The position numbers were made by a program, and so were the translations under genes. Of a stretch of 64,000 nucleotides of DNA, positions 18,196 through 27,631 are shown piece by piece. Positions within the stretch are counted from its first letter, which is position 1, and each line of letters starts with the position of its first letter. Source of the DNA: an uncultured Actinomycetes bacterium (GTDB taxonomy: Bacteria; Actinomycetota; Thermoleophilia; Gaiellales; Gaiellaceae); the NCBI GenBank assembly GCA_963764565.1, contig CAVXTD010000015.1, positions 2,317-66,316 on the forward strand, given 5' to 3'. The notes beneath the pieces were generated by a model. That model was not told the DNA's origin and did no database searches. It saw only the letters and a program-made list of their open reading frames with translations.

Positions 18196-20275
18196 TGGCA
18201 GGGACCCGCCGGAGGCCGAAGTCGGCCGAGAAGCTGCTCAACCGCGAGCTGTCGGCGATCGACTGGAGCGTCCGCGTGCTCGAGCAGGCGTCCGACCCCA
18301 AGCTTCCCCTGCTCGAACGGGTCAAGTACTGCGCGTTCGTCTCCTCGCACATGGACGAGTTCTTCGCCGTACGCGTCGCCGGGCTGCTCGACCAGGCGGC
18401 CTCGGGGCTGAACGTCCGCTCCGACGACGGCCGCTCGCCGAAGGCGATGCTGGCCGAGATCCGAAAGCGGGTCGGGGAGCTGAGCGAGCGTCAGATGCGG
18501 CTGTGGACACGAGAGCTCGTTCCCGCGCTGGCCGCCGAGGGGATCGTGGTCGGCCGGGTCGCAGATTGCACGGCCGAGGAGCTCGACGAGCTGGCCGCGC
18601 GGTTCCGCCAGGACATCTATCCGGTGCTGACACCCTTGGCGGTCGGCCCGGGCCAGCCGTTCCCGTACATCTCGGCGCTGTCGCTCAGCCTGGCGGTGTT
18701 CGTCCGCGACCCGGACACGGGCGAGGAGCGGCTGGCGCGCGTGAAGGTGCCGGAAGGGCTGCCCCGGTTCTTCGAAGTCGGCGCCAGGGGGCTGTTCATA
18801 CCGCTGGAGGACGTGATCGCCCACTTCCTGGCCGCGCTCTTCCCGCAGATGGAGATCAGCGAGCCGGTCGTCTTCCGGCTGACCAGAGACGCGGACTTCG
18901 AGGTCTCGGACGAGGCCGACGACCTGCTGGAGGCGGTACAGCTCGAGCTGCGCAGACGGCGCTTCGGCGACATCGTCCGGATCGAGGTCTCGTCCTCGGC
19001 CTCGGCCGCGATGCTGGATCGGCTCAAGCGTGGACTCGGGGTGGCGGACGACCAGGTCTATCTCGTCGCAGGGCCTCCTCGATCTCGCCGACGCGATGCA
19101 GCTCGCCGGGCTCGACCGCCCCGAGCTGAAGGACGAGCCGTGGGTGCCGGTCACCCACCCGCGCTTCGCGGCCGGGCCGAGCGTGATCTTCAGCGAGATC
19201 GCCAAGGCGGACGTCCTCGTCCATCATCCCTACGACTCGTTCGCGACCAGCTTCGAGGCGTTCGTCCGCACCGCGGCGAGCGATCCCGACGTGATCGGAA
19301 TGAAGGCGACGGTCTACCGGACGAGCGACGAGACGCCGCTCGTGCCGGCGATGATCGAGGCGGCCGAGAACGGAAAGCAGAGCGTGTGCCTCGTCGAGCT
19401 GAAGGCGCGTTTCGACGAGCGGCGCAACATCGAGTGGTCGCAGGCGCTCGAGCGCGCAGGCGTCCACGTCGTCCACGGGTTCCCGAACCTGAAGATCCAC
19501 GCCAAGGCGACGCTCGTCGTGCGTCGCGAGGGCGGCGGGCTGCGCCGGTACGTTCACATCGGTACGGGCAACTACCACTCCGCCACCGCTCGCATCTACG
19601 AGGACTTCGGGCTGTTCACCGCCGACCCGGAGATCGCCGAGGACGTCGCCAACCTGTTCAACTACGTGACGGGCTTCGGCCGTCCCGAACGCTTCCGCAA
19701 GCTGCTCGTCGCGCCGTTCAACCTGCGAGAGCGGGTGATCGAGGAGATCCGGGCCGTCGCGCAGGCCGCCGCGGCGAAGAAGCACGCGCGCATCCGTCTG
19801 AAGGTGAACAACCTGAGCGACCGCGCGATCATCGACGAGCTCTACCTCGCCTCCCAGGCCGGGGCGAAGATCGACCTGATCGTGCGCAGCATCTGCGCGG
19901 TTCGTCCCGGGATCAAGGGCCTGAGCGAGAACATCCGCGTCCGGAGCGTGCTCGGTCGCTTCCTCGAGCACAGCCGCGTCTACCACTTCGAGGCTCGCGG
20001 GAACCGCTCGTACTACGTCGGCAGCGCCGACCTGCTCCCGCGGAACCTCGACCATCGGCTGGAGGCGGTCGCGCCTGTGCAGGACGCCCGCCTCCAGCAG
20101 CGCCTCGGCGTCTGCGCTCGACACGCTGCTCGCCGACGAGTCCGCCTGGATCCTCCAGTCCGACGGGGCGTGGAAGCGGCAGGCGCCGAAGAAGGGAGAG
20201 CAGCCGAAGACAGGCCAGGCGCTGCTGATGCGCTCGGCCCGGCGTCGCCGCCGCTCGCCGCGGAGGGTCTCTTGA
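18195..20275 (+). pseudogene. ppk: Polyphosphate kinase 1, two frame breaks (near 19073 and 20108)
   Basis: LLNRELSAIDWSVRVLEQA...MDEFFAVRVAGL lies in ORF 18195. LDLADAMQL...HHPYDSFATSF...KATVYRTS...VELKARFDE...GTGNYH...SADLLPRNLDHRLE lies in ORF 19030. The tail ALDTLLADESAWILQSDGAWKR...* is in a third frame. The GTG start overlaps the regulator TAG stop. Confidence 0.9.
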
Positions 20276-20277
20276 TC

Positions 20278-20310
20278 GTTCACCGGATCTTCACCGGAGC
20301 GTCTCCACTT
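20278..20310 (+). promoter_or_regulatory. PHO-box-like direct repeats (GTTCACCGGAT CTTCACCGGAG, third unit degenerate) between ppk and ppx
   Basis: Two near-identical 11-nt units read directly from the sequence. They lie 34-45 nt upstream of the ppx GTG. Confidence 0.5.
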
Positions 20311-20343
20311 GACCGCCGGGGTGCCCGCGACAATGGTCGTGGC

Positions 20344-21243
20344 GTGAACGTTGCCGTCATCGACGTCGGGTCGAACACGATCCGCCTGCTGGTCGCCTCC
20401 CGCTCGCCGCGGGGCCTGACCCAGGTCGCCCGTGCCAAGCGGGCGGTCGGTCTCGGGGCCGACATCGAGCGTGACGGTGCGATCTCGGCGGCGAAGATGG
20501 CGGAGGCCGCCGAATGTCTCTCTCGCTTCATGAGCGAGGCGCGCCGTGCGGGGGCCGTTCTGTTCGACGTCGTCGTCGCCTCGCCGGGCCGTCAGGCGGA
20601 GAACGGAGATCAGCTCGTGCACTCGCTGTCCCGGGCGGCGGGCACGCTCGTGCGTGTGCTCTCGCGGGACGAGGAGGCGCGTCTGGCGTTCGAGGGCGCG
20701 CTCGCTCGGGCGAAGCCCGCCGGGGCCGTGGCCGTTTGCGACGTCGGCGGAGGCTCGACGCAGACCGCGGTGGGGACCGCCGCGGGCGGGCCGGCCTGGC
20801 TGCGGTCGGTCGACCTCGGCTCGCTTCGGCTCAGCAGGCGCATCCCGTGCTCGGACCCTCCCCGCAAGGACGAGATCGACGCGCTCCGAGCCGAAGCGCG
20901 ATCCGTCCTCGGGCAGCTGACGCCGCCGCTTCCCGCCGAGGCGATCGCGGTCGGCGGTACGGCGCGGGGGGCGAGGAGGATGGTCGGACGGACACTCGGC
21001 CCGAACGAGCTCAAGAGCGCGTTGCGTCTGCTGCGCAGAGAACCGGCCCGTGCGGTGGCGGCCCACTACGACGTCGACGTCTGGCGCGCGAAGGCGCTTC
21101 CGGCAGGGTTGGCGATCCTCGCCGAGCTCCAGGCGCTTCTCGGCGTCCCGTTTCAGGTCGGTCGGGGCGGGCTACGGGAAGGCCTCGCGCTCGAGCTGCT
21201 CGACCGACTCGAGTACGGCCAGGTCGCGCGCGTAGCTGAGTAG
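20344..21243 (+). CDS. ppx: Ppx/GppA-family exopolyphosphatase (N-terminal ASKHA domains only, 299 aa)
   Basis: VNVAVIDVGSNTIRLLVA...CDVGGGSTQ...AVGGTAR...REGLALELL. The GTG is in frame in track ORF 19030..21243. Confidence 0.8.
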   Translation: MNVAVIDVGSNTIRLLVASRSPRGLTQVARAKRAVGLGADIERDGAISAAKMAEAAECLSRFMSEARRAGAVLFDVVVASPGRQAENGDQLVHSLSRAAGTLVRVLSRDEEARLAFEGALARAKPAGAVAVCDVGGGSTQTAVGTAAGGPAWLRSVDLGSLRLSRRIPCSDPPRKDEIDALRAEARSVLGQLTPPLPAEAIAVGGTARGARRMVGRTLGPNELKSALRLLRREPARAVAAHYDVDVWRAKALPAGLAILAELQALLGVPFQVGRGGLREGLALELLDRLEYGQVARVAE

Positions 21244-21588
21244 CTCGCGCGCAGCCGCTGCCGGCAGCCAGCGGGCATCGTCGATCTCGTTCGTCGGGGA
21301 CAGCGCGCCTTCCCGCGGTTGCATCAGCCAGTACCGCACGAGCTTCGGTCTCCCCTTGGAGTCGGCATAGGAGCTGCTCGCCACCTCGGGCCCCAGCTCG
21401 CAGCGCAGGCCGGTCTCCTCCTCGACCTCGCGGATCGCACACGCCTCGTCGCTCTCTCCCGGCTCGGCCTTGCCCTTCGGGAGCGTCCAGTCGTCGTACG
21501 CCGGCCGGTGGACGACGACGACTTCGAGCTCGCCGTGGTTGTCCCGGACGACGACACCGCCTGCCGCGCGCACGACCCGCTCGCTCAC
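21172..21588 (-). CDS. NUDIX hydrolase
   Basis: Nudix box LPKGKAEPGESDEACAIREVEEETGL. The GTG start overlaps the stop of the upstream CYTH-CHAD gene (GTGA). The 3' end overlaps the convergent ppx by 72 nt. Confidence 0.8.
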   Translation of the reverse strand: MSERVVRAAGGVVVRDNHGELEVVVVHRPAYDDWTLPKGKAEPGESDEACAIREVEEETGLRCELGPEVASSSYADSKGRPKLVRYWLMQPREGALSPTNEIDDARWLPAAAARELLSYARDLAVLESVEQLEREAFP

Positions 21589-23007
21589 GTGAAGGCGGCC
21601 CGGCCCGCCTTCTCGAGGTCGCGCCAGGCGCCGGGGAAGGCACGCCGGGCTGCCTGCTTGCGGATCCGCTGCCGTTCGACGAGCCGGCCGGCCGCCAGGG
21701 CGGTCCGGCTGCCGTCCCGAACGGCCAGCTCGCGGATTCGCGCCTCGGCGACGCAGGCGTCCTGGTGCTCTCCGATCACGTCCTGAAGGTTCTTCGCCCT
21801 CCGCACGAACCGCGCCCCGGCCTTCCCGAGAACCGGCTCGCCGAGCTCGGCGGCGTAGCGGGCCCGCTTGGTCTCGATGCGGATGCGGTGGAGCTGGTCG
21901 TCGGACGGTCGATCGGGGAGGGCCTTCACGGCCCGGCGGAGGCGGTCGAACGTCGCTCGCGCGATCTCCGGGAAGCGACACCGTGCCTGCGGCGGCCGGC
22001 GCCGTGGACGCGCCCGCGAGCGTGTCGAGGAGCCGGAAGTAACGGTCGTCGACCAGGCCGTCCAGCATGGCGGCACGGGCACCGGCGCGCTCGTGTACCA
22101 GCCGCTTGCGCAGGCTCGTGAAAGCACGCGCATCGTCTCGCTCCAGCGTTGCCGCCTCCGTGTCCAGATGGTCGAGCAGGACGTCGAGGTCTCTGACCGG
22201 CCCGAGCAGGCCTCCGAGCCAGCCGAGCTCCGCGCGCAGCGGCTCGGCCCATTCGGGCGCGACCAGGCCGCGCGCGGCACGGAGCAGGGAACGCGACCGA
22301 CGTGCAGCGACGCGCAGCTGGTGGAGGGCTTCCGGATCCTCGCCGAGCCTCACGCCTGGGTCGTTCGCGAGCATCGTCTCGTACTGCGTGACGAGGAGCG
22401 AGCGGAGCCGCTCGACGGGCTCGCCGTTCACCCGCGCTCGCTCTGGACGCGTGGGCGCGAGGACTCGCTGGAGCTTCGGGATGCCGTCGCCGCGCCGGGC
22501 ACCAGCCTTGCGAAGCGCCTTACCGAGCCGCCCGAGAGGTGCCGTATCGCCGGCCACGACCTCGGCTTCGATCTCCGTAAAGGAGTCCGCCCGACGGTGT
22601 CCGTCGAGGACGTCGACGCTGTCGATCACGACTTCGATCCGGCTCGGGCCCTCGGCGACGGTGACGCCGCTGCGGCGGGTCCGCAGCTTCGCGACCGGTT
22701 GGAGGCCGTTGTGCGCGCGGAGCAGCGCCGGAAGGAGACGCAGCAGTGGCTCGGGTGGTCGCGACGGGCCTCCGGTCTGCTCCAGCTCGAGCCGGCCCTC
22801 CTCCGCCGGGAGCTTCAGCTGCCAGACGCCGGCCGTGTTCTCGACCCGTCGGCGAAGGGTGATTCCCGAGCGCAGCAGCCGCAGGTCCGGAGTGTCGTGA
22901 TAGGTGGAGGTGAACGTGCGGGGAGGAAGCGGCGTACCCCCGAGGTCGGGCAGAGCAAAGCCCGAATCGGCGTCGAGCTTGAGCTCGCGTTCGACGGTCT
23001 TCTTCAC
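21585..23007 (-). pseudogene. CYTH (triphosphate tunnel) - CHAD domain protein, frame break near 21970
   Basis: The N-terminus (V)KKTVERELKLDAD... carries the ExExK motif of CYTH, followed by CHAD helices (EALHQLRVAARRSRSLLRAAR). The C-terminal CHAD part (EIARATFDRLRRAV...DQLHRIRIETKRARYAAE...) is in ORF 21585..22280. Confidence 0.8.
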
Positions 23008-23077
23008 CCGTTGAATCGTAGTCCGCTCTTCCCGCCATCACGGCTTCGGCGTCCGGCGCCGCGGTAAGCTCGGCCGG

Positions 23078-23773
23078 ATGGCGAAGGTCCTGATCGTCGA
23101 GGACGACGAGATCATCGCGCAGGGCATGGCCACCCACCTGGCTGCGGAGGGCTTCGACCCGATCGTGGTCGGCAAGGGAGATCAGGGCCTGGCGCGGCTT
23201 CGCTACGAGCAGCCGGACGTTTGCGTGCTCGATCTGATGCTGCCCGAGCGGGATGGGTGGAGCGTGATCGAGACGGCCCGCGCGGAGGGGATCGGCACGC
23301 CGATCGTCGTGGTCAGCGCCCGTGGCACCGAGCACGACCGCGTGCACGCGCTCGAGATCGGCGCGGACGACTACCTCGTCAAGCCGTTCTCGATGAAGGA
23401 GCTCACCGCGCGCGTGCGGGCCGCCGCCAGGCGCGGCGCGCGTCCGCAGGAGACGCCGCGCGGCGAGGCGATCGAGGTCGAGGAGCTGAGGATCGACCCG
23501 CGCGAGGTGCAGGCCTATGTTGCGGGCGAGAGCGCGGATCTGACCCCGACCGAGTTCCGGCTGCTCTACGCCCTCGCTCTGGAGGGGGGCCGCGTCGTCA
23601 CGCGGGACGAGCTGCTCCAGCGCCTGTGGGGCCGGCGCGAGACGCATCGCGACCGGACCGTCGACGTCTTCGTCAAGAAGCTGCGCGAGAAGCTCGACCT
23701 TCCGGGCGCGACCCACACCTTCATCCAGACCAGGTACGGCGTCGGCTACAAGTTCGAGCCGGTCGCCAAGTAG
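23078..23773 (+). CDS. OmpR-family response regulator, paralog of 17500..18195, with no adjacent kinase
   Basis: Gapless 231-aa alignment with the first regulator. My hand count gives 166 identical positions. The receiver Asp (VLDLMLP) and the wHTH are conserved. Confidence 0.9.
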   Translation: MAKVLIVEDDEIIAQGMATHLAAEGFDPIVVGKGDQGLARLRYEQPDVCVLDLMLPERDGWSVIETARAEGIGTPIVVVSARGTEHDRVHALEIGADDYLVKPFSMKELTARVRAAARRGARPQETPRGEAIEVEELRIDPREVQAYVAGESADLTPTEFRLLYALALEGGRVVTRDELLQRLWGRRETHRDRTVDVFVKKLREKLDLPGATHTFIQTRYGVGYKFEPVAK

Positions 23774-24213
23774 TCGCGGAGCTGGCGCTCGCCGCGCTTC
23801 ATCGCCCACACGTGGTTCGCTCGGAACAGCGGGCGCAGGAGCGGGGTCAGGTACTTGAGCAGCGGCTTGTTCACCCGCGGCCGCCAATCGAGCACCGCTT
23901 CCGTTCCTTCCGGCGTCTCCGTCAGGCGCCACTCGCCGGTGCCGTCGAAGTCACCGCTCAACCGGCTCAGGATGCGCGTCGGGCGCTCCGCTTCGACCAC
24001 CTCGAGCCCGAAGCGCACCTTGTAGGGGAGGAACGCCTTGACGAGGAGCCGGTTGCGCTTGCCCGCGCGCGGCTCGCCCGGGTCGCCCTCGGCACTGATC
24101 ACGAACTCCGTCCACCAGCGCTCGTACCCGAGCGGGTCGCCGATCGTCTCGTAGACCCGGTCGATCTCCGCCGGGACGAGCCAGCGATCGAGGAAGCGGT
24201 AACCGGGCTGCAT
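23746..24213 (-). CDS. SRPBCC-superfamily (polyketide cyclase/START-like) protein
   Basis: 155 aa with a pattern typical of this fold: ...IDRVYETIGDPLGYERWW...FDGTGEWRL... Confidence 0.6.
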   Translation of the reverse strand: MQPGYRFLDRWLVPAEIDRVYETIGDPLGYERWWTEFVISAEGDPGEPRAGKRNRLLVKAFLPYKVRFGLEVVEAERPTRILSRLSGDFDGTGEWRLTETPEGTEAVLDWRPRVNKPLLKYLTPLLRPLFRANHVWAMKRGERQLRDYLATGSNL

Positions 24214-24252
24214 GGCCGTAGTATCCGCCGTTTCGGGCGATTGCGCACTCGG

Positions 24253-25470
24253 TCAGAAATGGAGACGGCCGGCGGCATCGGTTACGGCCCGCAGGCGCGC
24301 CGCGAGTCGTCTCGTCAGCTGGCCGCGGCGCAACTGCCACAGCCAGTTGCCCTCGCTGGTTCCGGGCAGGTTCATACGCGCCTCGCCGCCGAGTGAGAGG
24401 ACGTCCTGCGCCTGAACGATCGCGAGATCGGCCGGCGAGGAGAAGGCGGCTTCGATCAGCTCCCAGCTCGGGTCGAGCCCGGGCAGACCGGTCGCCGCTC
24501 GTTCGCGCCTGGACAGCGTGTTCCACCAGCCGAGGGCGGTGTCGCAGTCGTGTGTCCCCACGTAGACGACGCTTCGTCGGCGGTGGTTCTCGGGCCGGTG
24601 CGGGCTCGAGCGCGGGCCGCTGTAGGCGAACTGCATGACGACCATGCCCGGGAACCCGAGGCGGTCGCGCAGCTCCTCGACCTTGGGCGTGATCACGCCG
24701 AGATCCTCCGCGACGAGCGGTAGCGGCCCGAGCTCCGACTCGGCAACGTCGAAGAGCTCGGCGCCCGGGCCGCGGCGCCAGTGCCCGTTCTTCGCCGTCC
24801 GGTACCGCGCCGGCACGGCCCAGTAGGAGACGAACCCGCGGAAGTGGTCGATGCGCGCGGCGTCGTAGAGCTCGAACGTGCGGCGGAAGCGCTCGACCCA
24901 CCAGCGGTAGTGCTGGACTCGGAGCGCGCTCCAGTCGTACAGCGGATTGCCCCAGAGCTGGCCGACCGCACTCAGGTCGTCAGGCGGGGCGCCCGCAACC
25001 ACCCCGGTCTGGAAGAGCTCGGGGTGGGCGGCCATGTCGGCGCCGGCCTGGGCGACGTAGATCGGGACGTCGCCGAGCAGGCGCACACCGCGCTCCGCCG
25101 CGTACCTGCGAAGCGCGCTCCACTCGCGGTCGAAACGAACCTGGTCGGCGATCGTCTGGCGGCTGGACGCGCTACCGGCAAAGGCGGCCCAGTCGGCGAT
25201 CCAGTAGGCCTGACGGGCGACGAACTCCTCCAGTTCGTCCGCGGTGACCTGCGCCCGGGGCCGCTCGAGGTAGCCGGGGTGCGCCGCGAACGCGGACGAA
25301 GAGGAGTACGGGGAACCGGCCCAGTCCGGTGGTCCGAGCGGCAAGAGGGCCCACCACGATTGCCCGGCGTCGACCAGCCAGTCGACGAAGCGGTAGGCCT
25401 CGCGGCCCAGCCGTCCTCCCGGTAGGGAGGAGATGTGCAGCAACACACCACTCGCTCTCGAAATCTGCAT
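24253..25470 (-). CDS. malQ: 4-alpha-glucanotransferase (amylomaltase)
   Basis: MQISRASGVLLHISSLPGG...WGNPLYDW...IDHFRGF...VAEDLGVITP...VYVGTHDCDT...NLPGT. ATG 25470 is inside track ORF 24253..25722. Confidence 0.85.
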   Translation of the reverse strand: MQISRASGVLLHISSLPGGRLGREAYRFVDWLVDAGQSWWALLPLGPPDWAGSPYSSSSAFAAHPGYLERPRAQVTADELEEFVARQAYWIADWAAFAGSASSRQTIADQVRFDREWSALRRYAAERGVRLLGDVPIYVAQAGADMAAHPELFQTGVVAGAPPDDLSAVGQLWGNPLYDWSALRVQHYRWWVERFRRTFELYDAARIDHFRGFVSYWAVPARYRTAKNGHWRRGPGAELFDVAESELGPLPLVAEDLGVITPKVEELRDRLGFPGMVVMQFAYSGPRSSPHRPENHRRRSVVYVGTHDCDTALGWWNTLSRRERAATGLPGLDPSWELIEAAFSSPADLAIVQAQDVLSLGGEARMNLPGTSEGNWLWQLRRGQLTRRLAARLRAVTDAAGRLHF

Positions 25471-25512
25471 ACGGTTTGAACGGAGCCGTTCCAGGAACAC
25501 TGACCGTACGCG

Positions 25513-27330
25513 ATGCCCCTGCCCCAGACCATGCCACCTCGCATCCAGATCGAAGACGTCTGGCCCCAGCTCGACTGCGGCCGCTACCCCGTCAAGCGCT
25601 CCGTCGGCGACTCGGTCGAGGTGTGGGCGACGATCTTCCGCGACGGCCACGAAGCGCTCGGTGCCGCGGTGCTCCACCGCGCGCCGGGTTCGGCCGTATG
25701 GGAGGAGACGCCGATGCGCCAAGTCGAGGCCGACCGCTGGACCGGCACCTTCACCATCGACGTCTGCGGCCGCTGGGAGTTCACGGTGCAGGCATGGGTC
25801 GACCGGTTCGAGTCGTGGCGCGAAGAGCTCCGCCGCAAGGTCGAGGCCGGGCAGACGGACCTGGAGGGGGAGCTGGCGGAGGGAGCGGTGCTACTGAAGG
25901 TGCTCGAGCTGGATGTCGAGGCCGGGCTTGCCTCCACCGAGCACGACCGGTCGGAGGAAACGCAACCCGCGCGCACCTTCGCGGTGGACGTCGACCGGGA
26001 GCGCGCCCGCTTCGGCAGCTGGTACGAGCTCTTCCCACGGTCGTGGGGCGGCTTCGCCGGCGTCGAACGCATGCTGCCGCAGCTGGCCGAGCTCGGCTTC
26101 GACGTCGTGTACTTCCCGCCGATCCATCCGATCGGGGAGACGAACCGCAAGGGGCGCAACAACGCTCTGGGTGCGGCCGCGGGCGATCCGGGCAGCCCGT
26201 GGGCGATCGGCTCGGCCGCCGGCGGGCACACGGCGATCCACCCCGACCTGGGGACGGAGAAGGACTTCGACCGTCTGGTCGCCGCTGCCCGCGCAGACGG
26301 GATGGAGATCGCGCTCGACTTCGCCATCCAGTGCTCGCCGGATCATCCGTGGCTGAAGGAGCACCCGGAGTGGTTCCACCGGCGGCCGGACGGCACGCTC
26401 AAGTACGCGGAGAACCCGCCGAAGCGCTACCAGGACATCTACAACGTCAACTTCGAGAGCCGGGACCGGGAGGGGCTCTGGGCAGCGTTGCGGGACGTCG
26501 TCCTCCACTGGGTTCGCCGCGGCGTGAAGGCGTTCCGGGTGGACAACCCGCATACGAAGCCGCTGCCGTTCTGGGAATGGCTGATCGCGGAGGTGCGCCG
26601 CGTCGATCCCGATGTCGTCTTCCTCTCCGAGGCGTTCACGCGTCCCGCGATGATGGCGGCGCTCGCCAAGGCGGGCTTCAGCCAGTCGTACACCTACTTC
26701 ACCTGGAAGAACACGAAGGCGGAGCTGACCGAGTACCTGACGCAGCTGACCCGCTCGGAGCTGCCCGAGTTCTTCCGGCCGAACTTCTTCGTCAACACCC
26801 CGGACATCCTCCACGAGTACCTCCAGCGGGGCGGCCGGCCGGCGTTCGAGGCGAGACTCGTGCTCGCGGCGACCCTCTCGCCGAGCTACGGGATCTACTC
26901 GGGCTACGAGAACCTCGAGAGCGTGTCGGTGCACGGCGGGAGCGAGGAGTACCTGAACTCGGAGAAGTACGAGGTGAAGGCGCGGGCTCTCGACGGGCCG
27001 CTGCTGCCCCTGATCAAGCGGCTGAACGCGATCCGGCGAGAGAATCCCGCGCTCCAGTGGCTCGTGGGGCTCGACTTCCTCGAGACGGAGAGCGAGCACC
27101 TGATCGCGTACGCTCGCCGTCGTGAGGGCAATCTGTTGATCGTGTGCGTCAACCTCGACCCGCTGGCCGAGCACGAAGGGGTCGTCGTCGCGCCCGTATC
27201 GCTCGGCCTGCCGCCTGCGTACGCAGTGTCGGAGCTCCTGAGCGGCAAGAGCTTCCAGTGGCGCGTCGGCCGCAACTACGTGAAGCTCGGCCCCGGCCAG
27301 TCCCATGTCCTGCGCGTGGAGACCCTGTGA
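25513..27330 (+). CDS. glgE: Alpha-1,4-glucan:maltose-1-phosphate maltosyltransferase
   Basis: RIQIEDVWPQLDCGRYPVKR...WYELFPRS...FDVVYFPPIHPIG...FRVDNPHTKP... Intact 605-aa ORF. Confidence 0.9.
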   Translation: MPLPQTMPPRIQIEDVWPQLDCGRYPVKRSVGDSVEVWATIFRDGHEALGAAVLHRAPGSAVWEETPMRQVEADRWTGTFTIDVCGRWEFTVQAWVDRFESWREELRRKVEAGQTDLEGELAEGAVLLKVLELDVEAGLASTEHDRSEETQPARTFAVDVDRERARFGSWYELFPRSWGGFAGVERMLPQLAELGFDVVYFPPIHPIGETNRKGRNNALGAAAGDPGSPWAIGSAAGGHTAIHPDLGTEKDFDRLVAAARADGMEIALDFAIQCSPDHPWLKEHPEWFHRRPDGTLKYAENPPKRYQDIYNVNFESRDREGLWAALRDVVLHWVRRGVKAFRVDNPHTKPLPFWEWLIAEVRRVDPDVVFLSEAFTRPAMMAALAKAGFSQSYTYFTWKNTKAELTEYLTQLTRSELPEFFRPNFFVNTPDILHEYLQRGGRPAFEARLVLAATLSPSYGIYSGYENLESVSVHGGSEEYLNSEKYEVKARALDGPLLPLIKRLNAIRRENPALQWLVGLDFLETESEHLIAYARRREGNLLIVCVNLDPLAEHEGVVVAPVSLGLPPAYAVSELLSGKSFQWRVGRNYVKLGPGQSHVLRVETL

Positions 27331-27358
27331 ACAAGTTCCCTGTTACCAGGCCCGAACA

Positions 27359-27560
27359 GACATGTCCCAGGGACAGTCCCTCAGGACTTTCGTCCACACC
27401 TTTCTGGGGATCGGCGCCCTGGACTGTCCGCAATTTGCAGATGACACCTCTCTCGAAAGGACATGTCCGAGGGACAGTCCCTGGAACGTTTTCTCCACAG
27501 CGTCGGTGCGGCGCCGGGCTGTGCCCGGTGCCGCGAGCAGCAGCCCGGTCATCGAGAACT
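27359..27560. repeat. Diverged tandem duplication of roughly 101 nt in the glgE-treS spacer
   Basis: The units start GACATGTCC(C/G)AGGGACAGTCCCT at 27359 and 27460 (22/23 identical). Weaker shared continuation (..TTTC.TCCACA.., ..CGGCGCC..GCTGT.CC). Confidence 0.5.
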
Positions 27561-27575
27561 GTTTCCGACCCGATC

Positions 27576-27616
27576 TCTCAGAAGATCGTCGGCGCGGAGC
27601 GCCGGATCTTCTGAGA
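27576..27616 (+). promoter_or_regulatory. Strong hairpin in the treS leader
   Basis: tctcagaagatc(gt)cggcgc-gga-gcgccggatcttctgaga gives 18 paired positions with a 2-nt bulge and a 3-nt loop. The 3' arm ends at the A of an upstream ATG. Confidence 0.5.
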
Positions 27617-27631
27617 TGAGGATCTTCTGAG

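Noticed and set aside
19030-21243. 737-aa ORF joining PPK and PPX.
   Set aside because: The PPK C-terminus leaves this frame near 20108 and ends at 20275. PPX starts at GTG 20344 in the same frame by coincidence. The intervening codons are Arg/Ala-rich nonsense.
21172-23007. 611-aa ORF joining CYTH-CHAD and Nudix.
   Set aside because: The CHAD C-terminal half is in ORF 21585..22280. The Nudix gene has its own GTG at 21588 overlapping the CHAD stop. The apparent fusion is produced by the break near 21970.
22999-23078. Possible PHO box upstream of the second response regulator or the CYTH-CHAD gene (CTTCACC at about 22999, CCATCAC at about 23033).
   Set aside because: These are isolated heptamers without 11-nt phased partners. 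The first is simply the start-codon region of the CYTH-CHAD gene.
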